Assembly: GCA_010909165.1 (NCBI GenBank)
Contig: MU008157.1
Location: forward strand, 434,001-498,000
Source: Anthoceros angustus
Taxonomy: Eukaryota; Plantae; Anthocerotophyta
Direction: 5' to 3'
Length of the DNA stretch: 64,000 bases
In this document: one piece after another, positions 35,877-47,800 of the stretch
Layout: each line of letters begins with the position of its first letter
Position numbering within the stretch: the first letter of the stretch is position 1
Translations under genes and position numbers: made by a program
Notes under the pieces: model-generated
Databases searched by the model: none
Told to the model about the DNA's origin: nothing
Seen by the model: the letters and a program-made list of their open reading frames with translations, nothing else

Positions 35877-37420
35877 CTTATTGTAGCATTTATGGGCTTC
35901 ATCTTGATTTGCCACACCGCGATAGGTACATAATATGACCAAGGCGGAAGATTGCAACCCGAACTTTATCCGGACCTTGTAACAAATCATACGTGAACTA
36001 CAGACTTTCTCGACATGCCACAAGCATACAACACCGGAACCGCCACGCCCTATACATTGTGAATGGCTGCAATTCTGCAGTGATCGTCACCGTAAAAAGG
36101 CACTTGGTTGCCATCAAGGCCACCAATATGGTCCTCAAAGCTTGCAACCAAGATCTAATATCTATCGTTGTCCCACTATCTAACAATAAGCAACAAGCAC
36201 TCCGTTATAGTAACGATCAAACACCAAAAGTGTGTACAAGTGAAACTTGTATTTGTTGGTCCCAACGTATGCCCATGGATATGACATTCCATTCCCAAAC
36301 CGCAAAATCATGGAACGCTGGAAATCGCTTGCAAGCCAATCACTAAGGGGAGGAAAGTAGAATTGAAATCATAAGCTAGTGATTATGAACCTTGTCCTTG
36401 ATTTTGACCCCATCCACAAAACCAACATTGCCTCTCAATTGTTTGGAATCTATCAAGAACCCAAACAATTGAGAGGCTAGTGTTGGTTTGTGGATAGAGG
36501 CTCACAAGGACCTTGTCCATATTCAATTCTACTTGTTCCACATGCTCGAGGTATATCCGCCTCTTTGTTACACTGGAAGATAGACGTTGTCTCATGTAGC
36601 ACGGATGTCCTCACTTAAACCGGGCAGCAAACCTGAGCGAGGGTCCAATATACCAAGTCCGGAGGATTTGTCGAGATTGGTCTACATGTTCAAATGAATC
36701 ACAAAACACAACCGCCAGGTGGCCGAGCAGCAAGTGTCGCTACATCAAAGTGGCACCGGCAACCATGTTTGATACTCCGACCTCTCAAGATCTTGGCTCG
36801 CTTTCCTACACCGCTGAAGCCTGCTCCGCATTATCATCACGAGATCGCCTTTCCCAAATGCACACCAAGATTTCATGTGGCACAAATAAGCCCAAACATT
36901 AGTTTTATTTATCATGGAGGCGACTTGCTTCTTATCCACCTCCTTCCAAAAGTATGGGGAATCGCATTCTTGCCTTCTCCTAACACCAAGTCAGACACCC
37001 TGTTCCATGGAATAATGGCAAATCTAGAGATAGCAGGTACGCAATCCTTAGAAGCAACCTCATACCGTCTTGCTATAACCGTGGGTGAAAACTTCAGATG
37101 TTGCGTATTGAACAAGCCACCTGGTGGCTCTAACACCTCCCAACCGTAGGGAAGATCTTCAATCTGCATCTTAGTTGCCATTGCAAGTCACAATTCGGTG
37201 TTCAGAACATGGGCTGCACGGAGGTATTGCTTAATCGAGTTTAGTGTGAAGTGAACCTGCCAAAAATGATGCTTACTTTCCATTTCAAATGGAAACATGT
37301 TTTAGGGTTTGTTTCGCCCCTGCAATTTACGAGTTCTATATGACATGCATGCCATGAGCAAGCACACATGGTCATAGCATGAGCTCATGCTCATGACATG
37401 AGGCATGACATGAGCCGCTT
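35877..37420 (-). pseudogene. MULE transposase N-terminal half, copy 2 (contiguous with the right inverted repeat)
   Basis: Paralog of 31760-33235 with many indels (RRYEVASKDCVPAISRFAIIPWNRVSDLVLGEGKNA; DSGTTIDIRSWLQALR). Confidence 0.85.
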
Positions 37421-37919
37421 GGCGCCAAAGACCGGCAGGCCATGCCGGTGGCAACGGGGAGGAGAGAGACTTAGTGGTGGGCCCCACTAGATCAAGGCAA
37501 CTTCGCATTAAACCCCCGACAAACTATAGTGTCCGGGCGTATAAGCATGTAAGAATAGTCTATTCTACAAAGGCTTCCTTGAGCGCCTCGAGACTGAAGC
37601 AAAGGACTTTGTTCCTTTTTCTTCCCAGTGGTATCTCCATCACTCTAGAGGTGGGAATTCAGTCACGGGGAGGTTGCCTCTGCCCGCCATTTTCTGACGG
37701 TAGGCTCTTTAGGAAGGGGGGGCTTGCTGCTCGATCAAGGATGGAGTCAGCCAAGCTTGATCAGGTTTGTCAAGACCCCGTGAAGGCGCATCTCAAAAGG
37801 TGCCTCGCTCACGCAGGCAAGTAAATTCAGGAGGTGTGAGATCGGGTGCGGATCGCTGTGGAGCCGACCATTGTTTTTCCTTTCCCAACCCGCTGTCTAA
37901 CCAGATTGTGTCTAATTAA

Positions 37920-38130
37920 GGTGAGGTCTGTGTGGCCTGAGGGAGGGGTCTGTGTGGCCCAAGGAGGGGTCTGTGTGGCCCAAGGAGGGGTCTGTGTGGC
38001 CCAAGGAGGGGTCTGTGTGGCCCAAGTGAGGCCTGTGTGGCCCAAGGTGAGGTCTGTGTGGCCTGAGGGAGGGGTCTGTGTGGCCCAAGGAGGGGTCTGT
38101 GTGGCCCAAGGAGGGGTCTGTGGCCCGAGA
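37920..38130. repeat. 21-bp minisatellite GTGGCCCAAGGAGGGGTCTGT
   Basis: About 10 units; source of the QTPPWAT repeat ORFs. Confidence 0.9.
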
Positions 38131-38483
38131 GAGGAGGATGCATGGGAACATCTTGTGCAAAGTGGTGTATGAGGTCCTAGAAGAAAGGGGTGAGTGAGTC
38201 GTTGTGTGAAGGAGTCAGGAAGTGGTGAGCGCGAGAGTTCGAAAACGAACGCTGAGGAAGGTTGGGAATAAATTGTGGGGTCAGAGGAAATCAGTGACGG
38301 AGTGAGGTGCCGCGACGTGCTTGGCCATGGTGTACATCCACCAGTGAGCTCTGGGCGTGAATCCACATGAGTGTGACTTGGTGTACATGTGAATCTGTGT
38401 GCATAGGACCATAGCCCTTAACGAGCGTAGCAGGGGAACCGGGTGCCAAATAGTCAATCGCGACGCCGGCGCGTCGGTGGGTC

Positions 38484-38725
38484 CCACCACGGCGGTGGCG
38501 AATCCACCACGGCGGTGGCGGAACCCACCACGCGGTGGCGGAACCCACCACGGCGGTGGCGGAATCCACCACGGCGGTGGCGAATCCACCACGGCGGTGG
38601 CCGAATCCACCACGGCGGTGGCCGAATCCATCACGGCGGTGGCCGAATCCACCACGGCGGTGACCGAATCCACCACGTCGGTGGCCGAACCCACCACGGC
38701 GGTGGTCGAACTTACCACGGTCGTG
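38484..38725. repeat. 21-bp minisatellite CCACCACGGCGGTGGCCGAAT, ~11 copies
   Basis: Tandem units with no spacers; each unit contains the mini-stem CCACC/GGTGG. Confidence 0.9.
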
Positions 38726-38894
38726 GGCTCGGACAAGGTAGTTGATTATGGCTGGGTAGGAACTGATTGTAGGAGGACTAGAATCCATAGTTTTGGAACA
38801 TCTTGACACAAAACCATTCCCTTGGGATCGAATCCTAGGACTATAACGACATAGAGGGTAAATGTGGCCTCTTTGCGTCTTCGGATGCAAAAAC

Positions 38895-39110
38895 CCATTC
38901 CACAGTCGGTGACAACCACGTCCGCAACCGAGACCTCGTCCCCCCTCGTCAAGAAAAACTTAGCTCTAATACAGACGTCATTGAGCAGAGTATATCGTCG
39001 CTCCTTGAAAGGGAAGAAAATGCTCTCCTTGGCCATCAAGAACATGACGTCTCGGACGGCGTCGTGTATAGCAATACGTTGTCCATCCATTGGACAACGC
39101 GCTGGGGCCC
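38895..39110 (-). mobile_element. C-terminal fragment of a restriction-like-endonuclease (RLE) non-LTR retrotransposon (CRE/R2-like)
   Basis: RCPMDGQRIAIHDAVRDVMFLMAKE...R...DEVSVADVVVTD resembles the CCHC-RHD and PD..D-type motif region of RLE LINEs. Confidence 0.65.
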
Positions 39111-42062
39111 AAGGTCTAAGGACTCTTTGGCACATATTACAGTTCGAGGCCCAAGGACTAATTATTTGTAAAAGTAATATTGTCATGGGCCAAGGACCAA
39201 TTTTAGTATAAAAGGCCTTGCCTCGGACATTTCTAAGCACTCCATCACACAAAACATAAGAAAAACAAAAAAAACATTCAATAGTCCGGGGAGGGTTAGT
39301 GTACATGTGGTCTTCCACATACTCCCTTCTCATTTGTTGGCGTCCTCGCCAACTTATTGATAGGGCCACAAATGCATAGCAAGAGAGCTCCCCTGTGGAT
39401 CCCCACACCGCGGTTCCCATTGCGGAGTCAAGCACAGAGACTCCCTCCACCGAAGGGCCGTGCTAATAATATAGGTTAGTTGGGGAACCATAGAAAGAGC
39501 GAACAAAAGGAATAAGACTTGCCAGTTGCCCGTCCGCATCTTTAAGCTCTTGGAAGATGGCCGCCCTGGGTACAATGTTGAAAGCGTTCTCAACATCGAC
39601 CTGAAGGGCAACCCAATCTAGATGTAGCTGAAGAATCGCCTCGACTTCAAAACTCACCATTTCGAAGCCTCCCGGGGTGGCAATGCCAAATTGATGGGGG
39701 CTAAGATGAGCCCGAAATTACTCCATGAGCTGGAGGGCAATGCTGCAACTAATAAGACGTGGGAATGCCTCTCCCATAGCGATAGGGCGCACCCTCGGTG
39801 TGGGCTTCTCCATAGCCAAAAGCCTGCTGGCCCCCAACACTCGTGACATCCGTTGGGGGGTCTCCCCCTGCGCCACAGCCGCTGCCAGGAGGATAAAGAG
39901 CTCTGAAAAACCACTAGAAAGATTCTCATGAGATTCACTAGAAAGATTCTCTAGAGAAATAGTCACGGAGGTGAGGCAGTTCGAAGACCCCAAGAGAGGC
40001 GGCGCACAGGCGGGAAGAGAGGAGGCCACTTACGGGTCGCCCAACCTAGAGAGGTCGTCGATATGCGCAAGATCCTCTTTCAAAGAAGCATCCACAAATT
40101 CCCGTATAAAGCTCGGGGCCCCGACCGGGACTTCAAGGCCTGCAGCCCTTATGGAGAATCAATATCCCCTCCCACCTCCTCGGGATAATGAAGAGGGGGT
40201 ATAATACCGGACGGGGACCAAACCTTGCACTTCAAGGTTTTGACTTTCAGGCCAAGGCGAGAGAGCTTCAAGGAGAAGTGGTCAAAAGCATCTTTGACTT
40301 TGTCCACCGACCCAAGGATGTAGGTGTCGTCGGCCACCGATGGAAAGAGGCACTCCCAAGAGGGAGGCGTTATTGATAATACTTTTTAACTCGCCAACCA
40401 ACTGGTTGGCAAAAGCGATATTCAAATCTGCGGTGGATGGAACCATTGTCAAAACCTCCGGGACCTGAGCGGACCCATCCACACTGCTCGTCACCCATAA
40501 CCGTTTTTACCGTCCGGTCCCATTCGATATAACTTGGTCTTGTGTGTCTTACGAGCGGTCGCGAGTAATGGACATCTTCTTGTACCTTAGAGAGGTTTTG
40601 AGGAATTTGGCGATGCCGATATACTCACAAATTTCAGATCGTCGATTTGTGAAGCTCTTTCTCCCTTCTCATTCGAGGCCATCTCGTCTCCTTCCCCTCT
40701 TGAATTGGGTTTGGCCCTCTGCCTCCCATCAGCAGATCTCAATAAGCGCCTCCTTGAGCATCTTGATCCACACATCTTGAGTTGTCTTCATCACAAACTT
40801 TCCCTTCGCTTTGTCATCCCGACAAACACGCTTAGTCTGAAAAGGTTTCTCCTTGCCTTGCTCCAGCGGATTTCTGATGATGATGATGTGGCTGGCTTGC
40901 CTCTAGTCGCAGTGGTGACACCGCAATGGTTGGTTCCGGCGTGGATGAGCAGAGGAGAAACAACAACATGTGACGAGAGAGAGGCGGGAAGGATCCACCC
41001 AAAGATGAAGTACGACCTTCCGTGGTGAATCACAAGTATGGTGCGGTTTAAGGAGACAAATGAACCAAGCGGCGATCAAGGGAGTAGATGGGACATTATT
41101 CAAAAACTCTAAATCCTCGTCCGTGACCAGATTCATCGTGGAATATTGTTTACCCCTCTGATCCGCGCTCACCTCGCTTCTCGGGTAATTTTGAATTGAT
41201 CTTTGGAAAGATATTTTGTGCAATGCTTTAACTGTCAAGAACTGTTTATAATGACCTACCATAAGGTATTGGCCACATAAACTATTGGATGTTGGGAGCA
41301 ACAATCTCAATCTTCAATCCTGATTTCCTTGATCTTGGATGCCAACTTCTCGTTGAGAACATCAAAGCTTGCTTGAGTTGCATGTTAGAATTCTCGTCTG
41401 GAGGATTCGGCCGTGGTGAGTATCTCCTTGAGTTGCGTTCGGTCGGCTGGAACCAACATCGTTGTAGGAATCTCGGTGTCTCCCCAAGAAGAGGAATCAT
41501 GTGGGGTCTTGGTGGTGCGGGGATTGCAGGGCCTGAGGCAGACGTGATCCATGCAGGCTTGCCTCTATCGTCATTCCCTCCTGTGCTCTCAGGAATCGTC
41601 CCAGCTGGGATCCCAAATTTGGAGATCCCTTTGTTTGGAGTTCACGGTAGTTCGCGCGGCCCCCCATTGACCACATTCTTGTTTGTCCTTCCCCACAAGA
41701 GAATATACCTGACGTCAATTGGAATTGTCCTAGGGTGTTGCTGTGTCTTAGCATCAGCATGACCGCCCGACTGCCAGATCCACCAGACATATTAGGAGTG
41801 AATAAGACATCATTGAGCTCGATACCATGTGAAGTTGGTAGTAGCGGGCGAGAGAGGCGAAAAGCCTTGTGCGTGAAGAATACCAAAAAGCAATTGAATT
41901 GTGTAATGAACAAAATTGTCTCAAGAGAGACACTCAAGGGTCTCTTATACATCCAAGGCCATAGCTCACTTTCCCAAAGGTTCTAAAGATGGCTAACCTA
42001 CCTCCAAAGGTTCTAAAGATGGCTAACTTACCACAAGCGCCTACCAATTGTATCTATTCACA
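39110..42062 (-). mobile_element. LTR retrotransposon 5' part (LTR + PBS-Met + degenerate gag), copy 1
   Basis: 235-bp LTR 41828-42062 with TGTGAA...TTCACA ends. On the minus strand it is followed by TGGTATCGAGC (PBS for tRNA-iMet), then a frameshifted gag-like ORF with a coiled coil. No pol or 3' LTR. Superfamily is uncertain (gypsy-like). Confidence 0.75.
39354..40378 (-). mobile_element. Non-LTR reverse-transcriptase fragment, circularly permuted, flanked by TTATTGATA direct repeats
   Basis: Motifs HLRD, SRLLAMEK..RVRPIAMGE, LSPHQFG, ALQVDVENAFN and GDP (39360-40020) lie downstream on the minus strand of ADDTYILG, KCKVWSP and EVPVGAPSFI (40030-40370). Confidence 0.85.
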
Positions 42063-42734
42063 AGCTTCCTAGCACCTTATCCTCTAATCCAAGTGAAAGC
42101 CTCGACCTATGATGCCGCCCTCTAAAAATCAGTAGCGCTTGCCTCGTGGCCGCCTAGCCCTGCGGCCCATGGGTGTTCCCCGCCTCCTACCACGCCCGAT
42201 CCGAAGATCCTCCCTTAATATCTCCACCTCACTCCCTATCCGAGGTCCCTTCACTCCTCCTAGGAGGCGCCGCCCGCCATCGCCTCGACGCTTCTCGCCT
42301 CCTCATCATGCCCAAACAAGGCCTTCCATCCATGCTCTAGCCTCCCTTGCTCATTTCCTCGAGCACAACCGTGAAGGGTATGCCTCCCCGTGGACAATCG
42401 GGCTGGCCGCTCGAACTGAGGGAGTTGCATCCTCCCGGCCCCGACGGTGGCTTCCCCACCTTGGGTCCTTCTTCCGACGATGGCCGGCTCCACCACCGTG
42501 GTGGCCCATGACTGGCTTTAGCGGTGGTTGTTTGACCACTGCGTGGGCTGTTGCTACCCTTCTTGATTTATGCCTCTCTCTTGACCACGCCCTAGCCTCA
42601 CCTCTCTCCCGCTTATACCTCTCCGCTAGCTTCTTGAACTTCTCCGGAGGTGCAGGCGTCTCCACTTGTTCACAGGCCCTTCTTTGAATGAAGGATCCCC
42701 ACCTTATATAGACAATTTTTATTCCTAAAATCCC

Positions 42735-44620
42735 AAGGTCTAAGGACTCTTTGGCACATATTCAGTTCGAGGCCCAAGGACTAATTATTTGTAAAAGTAA
42801 TATTGTCATGGGCCAAGGACCAATTTTAGTATAAAAGGCCTTGCCTCGGACATTTCCTAAGCACCCCATCACACAAAACATAAGAAAAACAAAAAAAACA
42901 TTCAAACTAACAGTCCAGGGGAGGGTTAGTGTACATGTGGACTTCCACATACTCCCCTTCTCATTTGTTGGCATCCTCGCCAACTTATTGATAATACTTT
43001 TTAACTCGCCAACCGGTTGGCAAAGCGTATTCAATCTGCGGTGGATGGAACCATTGTGGAAAACCTCCGGGACCGAATGGACCCATCCACAGGTCGTCAT
43101 AACGTTTTTACCGTCCGGTCCCATTCGATATAACTTGGTCTTGTGTCTCTTCTGAGCAGTCGAGTAATGAATGACATCTTCTTAGAGAGGTTTTGAGGAA
43201 TTTGGCGGTGCCCATACTCACAAATTTCGGATCGTCGGTTTGTGAAGCTCTTTCTCCCTTCTCATTCGAGGCCATCTCGTCTCCCTTCCCCTCTTGAATT
43301 GGGTTTGGCCTCTCCTCCCTCACCGCCAATGATCTCAATAAGCGCCTCCTTGAGCATACCATCCATGCCGAGTTGTCTTCATCACAAACTTTCCCTTCGC
43401 TTGTCATCCCGACAAACACGCTTAGTATGTAAAAGGTTTCTCCTTGCCTTGCTCGCGCCAAAGATTTCGCATGATGATGAGGAAATGTGTAGGCGCTCAT
43501 AGCCTCTAAGAGGACCACCGCAATGGTTGGTTCCGACGTGGATGAACGAGAGGAGAAACAACAACATGACGACAGGAGAGAGAGAGAGGCGAGGAAGGAT
43601 CCACCCAAAGATGAAGTACGACCTTCCGTGGTGAATCACAAGTATGGTGACAGTTTTAAGGAGACAAATGAACCAAACGCGCAGCGATCAAGGGAGTAGA
43701 TGGGACATTATTCAAAAACTCTAAATCCTCGTCCGGTGACCAGTATTCATCAGTGGAATATTGTTTACCCCTACAAGTCCGCGCTCACCTCGCGCTTCTC
43801 GGGTAATTTTGAATTGATGCTGGAAAGATATTTTGTGCAACTGTTTCACTGCTGCAACCTGTTTATAGCCAGCCTTACCATAAGGTATTGGCCACATGAA
43901 GCCTGCTGGATGTTGGGAGCAGCAATCTCCAATCTTTGCAGGTAATCAGTGATTTCCTTGATCTTGGATGCCAACTTCTCGTTGAGAACATCAAAGCTTG
44001 CTTGAGTTTGCATGTTATTAACGAGAATTCTCGTCTGGAGGGATTCAGCCGTGGTGAGTATCTCCTTGAGAGTTGCGTTCAGTCGGCTGGAACCAACATC
44101 GTTGTAGGAATCTCGAGGGGTGTCTCCCCAAGAAGAGGAATTCACAGGCCGTGGGGGTCTTGGTGGTGCGGGGATTGCACGGGGCCAAGTGATCCAGCTT
44201 GCCTCTATCCTTATCCCTCTGTGCTCTCGGTAGGTCGGTCCAGGCACAGGATCCCAAATTTGGAGATCCCTTTGTTGGAGTTCACGAAGTAGTTCGGCGC
44301 GCTCCCTGTCGCTGGACCAATTCTTGTTGTGGAGCCCGGTCCTTCCCACAAGAGAATATGCTACGGCGTTCAATTCGGCTGGAATTGTCCTAGGGGTCTG
44401 TTGTGTGTCTTCGCATCTGTAAAAACGCGAGCCACGCCCCTGACTAACAGATCCACCACGCCGAGGCATAATTAGGAGTGAGAATAAGACATCAGAACAT
44501 TGAGCTCTGATACCATGTGAAGTTGGTAGTAGCAGAAGGCGAGAGCCGAGAGAGCGAAAAGCCTTGTGCGTGAAGAATACCAAAAAAGCAATTGAATTGT
44601 GTAATGAACAAAATTGTCTT
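42735..44620 (-). mobile_element. Tandem second copy of the same LTR element (truncated LTR 44516-44620, perfect PBS TGGTATCAGAGC)
   Basis: Paralogous to 39110-39362 plus 40370-41920. It lacks the 1-kb RT insert and shows a single TTATTGATA at 42985-42993. Confidence 0.8.
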
Positions 44621-44849
44621 TAAGTATTATTTAGCTATCTAGACCACATAACCCTAGTGTGTCCATTAGTTGACCAGTATAGGGTTACCCCTTTAACACG
44701 CATCATCCTGTCGGTACGCTCCAACATACATGTCCCGCCGTGGCACTTGACGAACGATTGGATGTTGTAAAATCTCAGCCTCGGGTACAACCAAAGGGCG
44801 ATGCAACTCTTCATTATGTGTTTAATCGTACCATTGCCAAGCGGTCTTT

Positions 44850-47800
44850 AATTCCTCAGCATGCTCACTTGCTATCTTGTCCACGATGGTCGATTGCTCA
44901 CCCTGCACCTCCCACCAAATATCCTCACCGCCAAATGGGTCCCGAGTTTTTCCTCTAGTTTCACGACATTTCAAGACTCTTCGGGATCTCCCCCCAGAAC
45001 CGCTTTTTACTCGGACCTCTTCAATGGGCAAAGGTGACGACGCGCTGCGAATGCGTGCACTTTTCCGCAATCGAGATCTATGGGACGCTGTAAGTGGGTC
45101 CACACCCACTACAATGGGGCTCCGAGAGCAAAGAAACCGGGACGCCAGGATGAAAAGCTCAAGACCTCCCGATCGGACTAGCACAATATGGTAAGACAAT
45201 GCCAAGCAAAACTTCTAAACAGATGTGGGATCACCTTGCTCGCTTATATTCTTCAAGAGATGTGATGAGTATGATGACTGCGCAAGATGATGACGGCCGA
45301 ACACCATATCAACACTTTCCGAAAGCTAGATCTCAATATGAAGCCGCCACCAACACCTCCGCCTCCGAACTTGTTGCATTCCTTGTTCTCTTGATTTCCC
45401 TCCCACCCTCCCATGACCATTTCTCACCACACGTGGTCGACAAGCCCAAAAGAATTCGCGGCTTCGATGCGCAAGACCTCGACATCATGTCGCAACTCAT
45501 CGGAGCCATGATTCGAGGAGTCCAGACGCCATGAGCCCAAGTCCACCGATGATACCGGAAGAGGCAGAGGAAGAGCGCGCAAAAGTTCTCCTTCCAATAG
45601 ACCGCTTATTCCACACCAAACAAATATCATGGCGAATCCAACTCTTCCACACCTTCCGTGGTAACCAAAAGAGTGGAATTATTTGTAATTGGTGAATTCC
45701 TAATCACATGGAAAAGGACTGTAGAAAGAAGAAGAATGGGAACCTAGATCGAGGCTCCGCTCATGTTGCTTCAAGAAACACTCTTCATCAACAACACGTG
45801 TGCTCACTATTTGCCTTGCATCCTCTAAGCCGCCAACCGCTTATTGGTACCGGAGTGGAGCAACATCACATATCTCATACAACAAAGACTTCGAGTCATA
45901 CACCCCACCTGGACATCCGACTGTTCTCCGGGCGATGATCACACCTTCCATAGCGGGCCTAGGTTGTTGTACTCGATGTGATTCAGTCGACTCTTCATCT
46001 TCATCAAGTCCTCCATGTCGCCATGTGCAAAACCTAGTGTCACCGCTAGTCTTTGCAAAGAACATACATGCAGTGTCCTTTTATATGCCGATAGTTGTTC
46101 CTTTCCTACCTCAAGAATAGAACACACAATATCTGACCGGCATCTTAGAAGATGGACTCTATAGATTGTCGATCAAAAGTAGGAGCCACATTCCCAATGT
46201 AGCCTCCCAACATTCTCGCACATTACCAACACACACGATGCTCGCATTGTAGATTAGGTCACCTAATAGTCGGTTACTCCAAATGTCTAGAGACAACATA
46301 GAACACCTATCTCTCCAAGGTTCACAACTTAGATTGTGCGAAACCTGTCCTCACAAAACGTCAGAACCTTTCAAAATCCATCTCCTCAAAGGGCCAAGTC
46401 ACCTTTTAGAGATAGTACACACGACATTTGTGGACCCCTCTCTACACCCTCCTTTAGTGGTAGTAGATACTTCAACTTTCACCAGACTATTCCCGTTCGC
46501 CTCCTACATCCTCACCACAAAAGAGTGAAACTTATCGCTTTTCAAGGATTACATGGCATGTAAAAGGCTTACGATCACAAACTCAAGACCTTACGTTCCG
46601 ACAACGGTGGAGAGTTTACATCTCATAGATTTGCTGAATTTTGTCGAGTCAAGGCGTAGCTCAACAATTAAGTGTAGTATACACTCAAAGAATGGCGAAA
46701 ATAAGAATCTCCGCCTCCAAGAGATTACAGTTGCTGTTAACACAAGCTAACTTATCCAAAGCTTATTGGGTGAGGCCCTCCTTAGAACCTATCTCATGAA
46801 TCGCCGACTTCCTCATTCAAGGTATGACTCCATATGAAGCATTCACGCAACAAGCCTTCCATAGATCACCTTGAATTTTTGGCTCCCGCATATGTCTTTA
46901 TCCCTAAAGTACAACAGCAAGTTAGATCCAAAAGCTGCCAAATATCTATTTATTGGCTACACCAAGGCATCAAAGGTTACAAGCTATTTGAACCCACAAC
47001 ACGGAAGCTTATATATGCCAGGAGTGTTACTTTTCATGAGTCTTACCTCTTTTTCCCCAGCAGTGGGAGCTGGTACATCCGCCCCGAGGACGTCTCTTCA
47101 AGAGCCCTCGATACCTCCTCATTTGATGATACTGATTATATCACTCAATTTCCGCCTCGCTACGTGTTCCCGTGGAACCTATTGCATCTATTCCACAAAC
47201 ACCACGATGGCGACAACATTCAAGTCGAGGAGCCGTGACACTCTTTATGAAGAGCATGATGACCCTCCGTGAATGACATGGAGCACCATGATCCTATTGA
47301 TGTTCTGCTCCGGAAGATGCACCGAACCTACACAAAAGGTACAACTTAAGAACCCGTCTGCAATCTCGGACCGCAGGATGGAAGGAACCTCCTTTAGGAT
47401 ATAGCTTTTTGATGATCCCCCCTCGTATCACTTTTACTCACAAGTCGTATACAAGGCAACCATAGATCGAGAAGAACCTCTTACCTTAAAACAAGCTTTC
47501 TCTTCTCCGAAAAGCCTTATGGAAGGTAGAGATTAATATAACTCTCTCATTAGTAACTCTACATGGGAATTGGTTAAGCCACCTAAGGGTAGGAAGATAG
47601 TCACCAGCAAATGGGTATTCAAAATTAAGAGAAAAGGAGATGGTTCCATTGAGAGATACAAAGCACGCCTTGGCTGTGGGATTCACCCGATACCGGGTTT
47701 AGATTACCTCCCATGGGCCACATTCGCCCCGAGCAAAGTTTGCTTCCCTTAGAATAATCTTGCCTTAACATCATGATCTTGAGCTCCATATGATGGATGT

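Larger units (their letters stand above)
23752..37550 (-). mobile_element. Mutator-like element (MULE) with SWIM-type transposase, ~3.5 kb core split by nested insertions/duplications
   Basis: Degenerate ~90-bp inverted repeats lie at 23752-23840 and 37464-37550 (shared GCATTAAACCCCGAC, GGCCCCAC, GAGAGAC). The transposase halves at 35877-37181 and 24556-25577 rejoin at CTTAT. Exact termini and TSD were not resolved. Confidence 0.7.
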
